IMG/VR virus record: IMGVR_UViG_3300013014_000068
Location: 1-37,179 of that record
Length of the DNA: 37,179 bases
Direction: 5' to 3' (one strand)
Source of the DNA: a virus
Taxonomy: Duplodnaviria; Caudoviricetes
The position numbers and the translations under genes were made by a program. This document shows positions 33,671-37,179 of this stretch, in pieces. Numbering within the stretch: position 1 is the first letter of the stretch; the number at the start of each line of letters is the position of its first letter. The notes under the pieces were generated by a model. The model worked only from the letters and a program-made list of their open reading frames with translations, ran no database searches and was not told the origin of the DNA.

Positions 33671-33870
33671 CAGTCGTCGTCTTCCATGTAATGCAGGCCG
33701 CTCATTGGGCCGCATTCAAGTTCGTATTCGTATGAGCCGTCGGTGCTGTTGGTGAACTGGACAAAGAAATCGTCGCTGCCACCTGTGAAGTCGCGTGGCA
33801 TTGGGATCGCGCCGGAACCCAAACCTTCGTTGTCACCAATCATGCGGTTCTTGGCGTCTGATTTTTCCAT
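33670..33870 (-). CDS. Small acidic hypothetical protein
   Basis: 66 aa, coupled to the downstream gene, preceded by TAGGAT-N6-ATG. Confidence 0.7.
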   Translation of the reverse strand: MEKSDAKNRMIGDNEGLGSGAIPMPRDFTGGSDDFFVQFTNSTDGSYEYELECGPMSGLHYMEDDD

Positions 33871-33885
33871 GTTGTGATCCTATCT

Positions 33886-35799
33886 TTAGGAACGGGTTGC
33901 TTGTCGCATTGTGGGTTGTTCCGACATTTGGGCTTGTTCTTGTGCGGTGACGCGTTCAAGAATTTCTCGCCAGTGTGGGAACCGGTGCATTTCAAGTAGG
34001 GCTTGCCGGTCGATTGCTCCAACGGAAAACAAAAAGTTTGCTTCTTCCATCATTGCGGATCGCGAGATAGGGAGTCCTGATCCGGCGTTGACAAGGATTT
34101 GGAAACGAAGTGGGACGGCACCGTTTTCGCTTGGCATTGTGAAGTGGCGGGATCGGAGAGCGAGACTGGTTCGTTCGCCGCTTTCTCCTACTACTGCGAT
34201 CACTCGGGGCATCGTGTAGTTCTGAACGATTAGATTCCCCATTTTGAGGAATGCGTTACGAAGTGTGTGTTCTAGGTTGCGGAGTGCCATGCGTACGCGT
34301 ACGAAACCGGATTCTTGGGCGGCGTTCATTACGTCGGCGCTGTTTCTGCCGGAGGGGCTACCGCCGCGTGACATGGCGTTGAGGCCGCTGATGCGTTCCA
34401 TTTCGCTGATGTAGGTGTCTACCATTTGGAGGTGGAGTGGGTGGACGGGTGGCGGGTTCAACCATTCAACGTTGCCACCGTCGCCTACTTTGATGCGTTG
34501 TCCGGGTTTGTTGGTGATGGTGGTGCGTTCAATGTTTGCTCGGGCGGTTTCCATGAGGACCGGGTTGCCCAACAAATCTAGGTTGTGTTGAATCGCAGCA
34601 AATGTGCGGTTGAGTGCCATTTGGCAGGGGGCGAGGAGCGCGACCATGGATTGGCCCCAAAATGATCCTGTTGTTTCGTGTTGTACGAAACGCGAGTAAG
34701 GGTGTTCGGGGTGCCCGTAGAGGTCTTTGGCGTCGGCGTCTAGGAGTACCCGGTTGCCTACTACGACTACGCAGCGCCATGTTTCGACGCTTGTTGTGGG
34801 CGAGTATTGATCTTTGATGGGGGTGGCGGTGTGTTTGTGTTGCCGTATCCACGCTTCGATAACAGTTACTTTGTCTGCGAATGCGATGTCTCCGGTGGAA
34901 TCTCGGGCTTGTCCGGGTTTACCAAACGCAGATGGCGTGTTGGGGGCGGAGGTTCCGTCGTAGCCGGTTCCGGTGATGGCACCAGCGTTAGCCATAACAC
35001 CCGTCGCTTGCGGATTATCCGGGTCTTTCGCCTCATCGTTATCCACCTGAATTGGGTTCAGTTTGTTGGCTGATCCGGGGAAACGTCGATCCAGTTCTTG
35101 CATCGACATGGAACGAACTTCGATGTAATAGTTGCCGTCGGTTTCGTCGGAACAATTCGGGTCGGGATAAAAATTGTATGGGTTAACGCGTGCCATTTGG
35201 ACGTTACCCAGCCCGCCATCTAGCGCCTGATTCCAAGTGGTTTTGAGTACACCAGTCCCGTACCGGTACGCATCCCAAGTAATTTTTTCGATTTCTTTTT
35301 CGCTGGAATAGTTGTGAAGAACTGACTCTGCAACAGTTTGCAAATCCCATGACAACGTTTGAAAGAAATCGTAGTTAGAAGATTGGGGCATTGCGGCGGG
35401 TGCCGCTTCGAACGACGGGCGGCTATCCCCGATGTACGCGACGAGGGTTGCGATGATGCTGTACGCCTCTGGAACTTCGGGTGATGGCAGGTATGCGGCC
35501 CGCCCATTCATCCACGTTCGGTTGGAAAGAATTTGGTCGTAGCGACGCCAGTCACCAACTTTGGCGCGACGGTTTGTTCTTGCCAAACTGAACAGGTGTT
35601 GGATGTGTGCAGCGAGACGTTGTTCTTCTTCAGAGGTTTGTTCTGGAAGTTGAAAGTTTGCTCTGACTCCACGCCCAGTTAGATGCTCGGCATAAAACTT
35701 TTGATTCGCTGGTGACGGTCGGCCTTCTTTTTTTGCTACCGAATCACGGGTTTGACCGACTGGTGGCGGTGGCGGTGGAATCATTTGCAAATCGGCCAT
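33886..35799 (-). CDS. Portal protein (P22-like podoviral)
   Basis: 637 aa after the terminase; YGTGVLK, VNPYNFYPDP, FWGQS, NKPGQRI, MERISG. Confidence 0.9.
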   Translation of the reverse strand: MADLQMIPPPPPPVGQTRDSVAKKEGRPSPANQKFYAEHLTGRGVRANFQLPEQTSEEEQRLAAHIQHLFSLARTNRRAKVGDWRRYDQILSNRTWMNGRAAYLPSPEVPEAYSIIATLVAYIGDSRPSFEAAPAAMPQSSNYDFFQTLSWDLQTVAESVLHNYSSEKEIEKITWDAYRYGTGVLKTTWNQALDGGLGNVQMARVNPYNFYPDPNCSDETDGNYYIEVRSMSMQELDRRFPGSANKLNPIQVDNDEAKDPDNPQATGVMANAGAITGTGYDGTSAPNTPSAFGKPGQARDSTGDIAFADKVTVIEAWIRQHKHTATPIKDQYSPTTSVETWRCVVVVGNRVLLDADAKDLYGHPEHPYSRFVQHETTGSFWGQSMVALLAPCQMALNRTFAAIQHNLDLLGNPVLMETARANIERTTITNKPGQRIKVGDGGNVEWLNPPPVHPLHLQMVDTYISEMERISGLNAMSRGGSPSGRNSADVMNAAQESGFVRVRMALRNLEHTLRNAFLKMGNLIVQNYTMPRVIAVVGESGERTSLALRSRHFTMPSENGAVPLRFQILVNAGSGLPISRSAMMEEANFLFSVGAIDRQALLEMHRFPHWREILERVTAQEQAQMSEQPTMRQATRS

Positions 35800-35805
35800 A
35801 GTTGT

Positions 35806-35811
35806 ATCTTA
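35806..35811 (-). promoter_or_regulatory. Putative leaderless -10 box TAAGAT, 6 nt before the portal ATG
   Basis: TAAGAT-acaact-ATG; the TAA is the stop of 35809-36132. Confidence 0.55.
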
Positions 35812-36132
35812 TTCCGTTTCGGTGACGCCGACGTGTTTGCCGTCTTTGGGATCAACTGGTTGATAATTTACGTCAAATCCCATACGTCCCGACATTTCTT
35901 CCGATTTGCGTTTTAGTGCGTCGTCAAATTGTTTCATGTCAGAAACGTGTTCACCAATAGGTGTCGCAAATATTTCTTGCATCACAGGGGCGATTTGTAG
36001 GTTGTATTCGCGTGTGAGGAGTTGTTGGCATGTTGGGCAGGATGGTTGGCCGAACCGTTCATAGTCAGAGATCGGCATGACATGTATTTCGTTTCGTTCA
36101 CACGTTTTACAAAAGTATTCGTATACGGGCAT
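35809..36132 (-). CDS. FmdB-like zinc-ribbon protein
   Basis: MPVYEYFCKTC...CPTC; TAATG coupling with the terminase stop. Confidence 0.85.
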   Translation of the reverse strand: MPVYEYFCKTCERNEIHVMPISDYERFGQPSCPTCQQLLTREYNLQIAPVMQEIFATPIGEHVSDMKQFDDALKRKSEEMSGRMGFDVNYQPVDPKDGKHVGVTETE

Positions 36133-37178
36133 TAGTTTCCTCCGCTGATAATGCTGTCCCAAAAGTCGGGGTCTAGTGATTGGGTTTGGGTGGCTCGCCG
36201 TTTTGGTAGGAGTGGATCGCTGGGATTTGATCCGAATGGGTCGATAGGGGTTTCGGTTGCCGACGCGATACAAGCGATTGCCATGGACATTACGGTGTCG
36301 TCGTGGCCTTTGTCGGATGCTGGCCCGTAACCGCCGTGGGTAAGGGTGACGTAATCGCGTAGTTCGGTGAATGTGTGAGAGTCATGGATGACAAGTTCTT
36401 CATCGACTATCAGTTTGAGTAGATGCCCAATAGCCCATTCTTTTGATTTGAATGTGGTGTTCCATCCGTAGGTTTGGGATACGACACCCGGATTTTTGTC
36501 GGCCCACGCGGATCGGTAAAGACGGGGGTAGTTCATTTGGACGAGGCGTCCAATGGTGCCGTAGCCCGGTCCGGTGGATTCGGAGGCAATCATTGCTTGG
36601 TTGAAGTACATGCCTAGTTTGGCGAGTTCTTCTGCGAATGACATTGGATCGACGCGCCCTCGCCATACTGCTACTTGTTCGTAGTTGCGGCGGTTCATTA
36701 CTTGGGCGCACGCGTAGTCGCCGCGTGTTGTGTGGGTGGGGTCGCCGCCCACCATATAGATACCCCATTCTTCGTCGGTTGACGGCCAACGGTAGATGGT
36801 GAGTGGGCCGGTGATGTCGTCTTGGAAACGGACACCGTTGCGGACAGTGGTGTCGCGTACGAGGCGTCCCGGTCGGCCTTGTTTTTTGTCGTACACGGCG
36901 GAAAGTTTTTGTATCGGGAATACGTTGAGGCCGGTGGATACAAATGCTTCTTCGGGAGTGGACGGGTATTCCTGATGGAAACGATGAATGTCGTTGCCTG
37001 CAAGGTTACGAATTGCCCAACGTCGCCAACCGAGACGTTGTTTGTATTCGTCGGCAGGTATCAGGTTCGCTAACGCTTTTTCTTCCGAGTCGTACGGGGG
37101 TTCTGCTACTTGTAGATGGATGTGTTCGGAGTGATATTGGGGGTGTCGCCACCATGGAAAAAACATGGGGACGTAATC
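36132..37178 (-). CDS. terL: Terminase large subunit, C-terminal nuclease part (5' end outside window)
   Basis: FFPWW, QEYP..PEEAF, VGGDP...GDY, ESTGPG, GWNTT..SK, HDDTVMSMAI; frame is open to the window edge. Confidence 0.93.
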   Translation of the reverse strand, partial: DYVPMFFPWWRHPQYHSEHIHLQVAEPPYDSEEKALANLIPADEYKQRLGWRRWAIRNLAGNDIHRFHQEYPSTPEEAFVSTGLNVFPIQKLSAVYDKKQGRPGRLVRDTTVRNGVRFQDDITGPLTIYRWPSTDEEWGIYMVGGDPTHTTRGDYACAQVMNRRNYEQVAVWRGRVDPMSFAEELAKLGMYFNQAMIASESTGPGYGTIGRLVQMNYPRLYRSAWADKNPGVVSQTYGWNTTFKSKEWAIGHLLKLIVDEELVIHDSHTFTELRDYVTLTHGGYGPASDKGHDDTVMSMAIACIASATETPIDPFGSNPSDPLLPKRRATQTQSLDPDFWDSIISGGN

Positions 37179-37179
37179 A

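Larger units (their letters stand above)
1..37179. mobile_element. Tailed dsDNA phage (or prophage) genome segment, podovirus-like, truncated at both edges
   Basis: Terminase-portal-scaffold-capsid-adaptor-nozzle-internal protein order on the - strand, a recombination/replication arm on the + strand, no tape measure or tail tube/sheath recognised, and no host housekeeping genes. Confidence 0.95.

Noticed and set aside
35809-36132. Zinc-ribbon gene between terminase and portal as a novelty
   Set aside because: FmdB-like zinc ribbons are common in phage head modules; kept as a feature only.

Overview
This window is most of a tailed dsDNA bacteriophage genome with podovirus-like organisation; the host is probably an actinobacterium (inferred from leaderless TANNNT-ATG starts, an r1t-type holin and an M15-type lysin). 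It has three parts: (i) a leftward early cassette of small hypothetical genes (<1-2504); (ii) a divergent control region (2505-2837) followed by a rightward early/middle arm (2838-11762) encoding DUF932, a ribbon-helix-helix regulator, a DinG/XPD-type Fe-S helicase, a putative SSB, a Cas4-like PD-(D/E)XK nuclease, a Sak4-like ATPase, a secreted lytic transglycosylase and an XPF/ERCC4 nuclease; (iii) a leftward late arm (>37179-11784) encoding terminase, Zn-ribbon protein, portal, two fibre-like proteins, scaffold, major capsid, decoration protein, holin, nozzle, adaptor, internal/ejection proteins, a membrane protein, a peptidase lysin and an HTH protein. I see no integrase, primase, DNA polymerase, tRNA or CRISPR array. 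The most unusual signals are non-coding: a ~30-bp promoter motif in three copies, each followed by an AACA(A/C)C stem-loop; a degenerate duplicated cassette carrying a perfect 34-bp alternating pyrimidine-purine tract or a 7-tract G-quadruplex motif; a second shared promoter motif (GTTGACnGnGAGTTGA); a family of G6:C6 hairpins, one of which looks like a terminator inside the helicase gene; five leaderless late promoters, three built from the upstream stop codon; and strong local CTAG enrichment. All family assignments come from motif recognition by eye, not from database searches.
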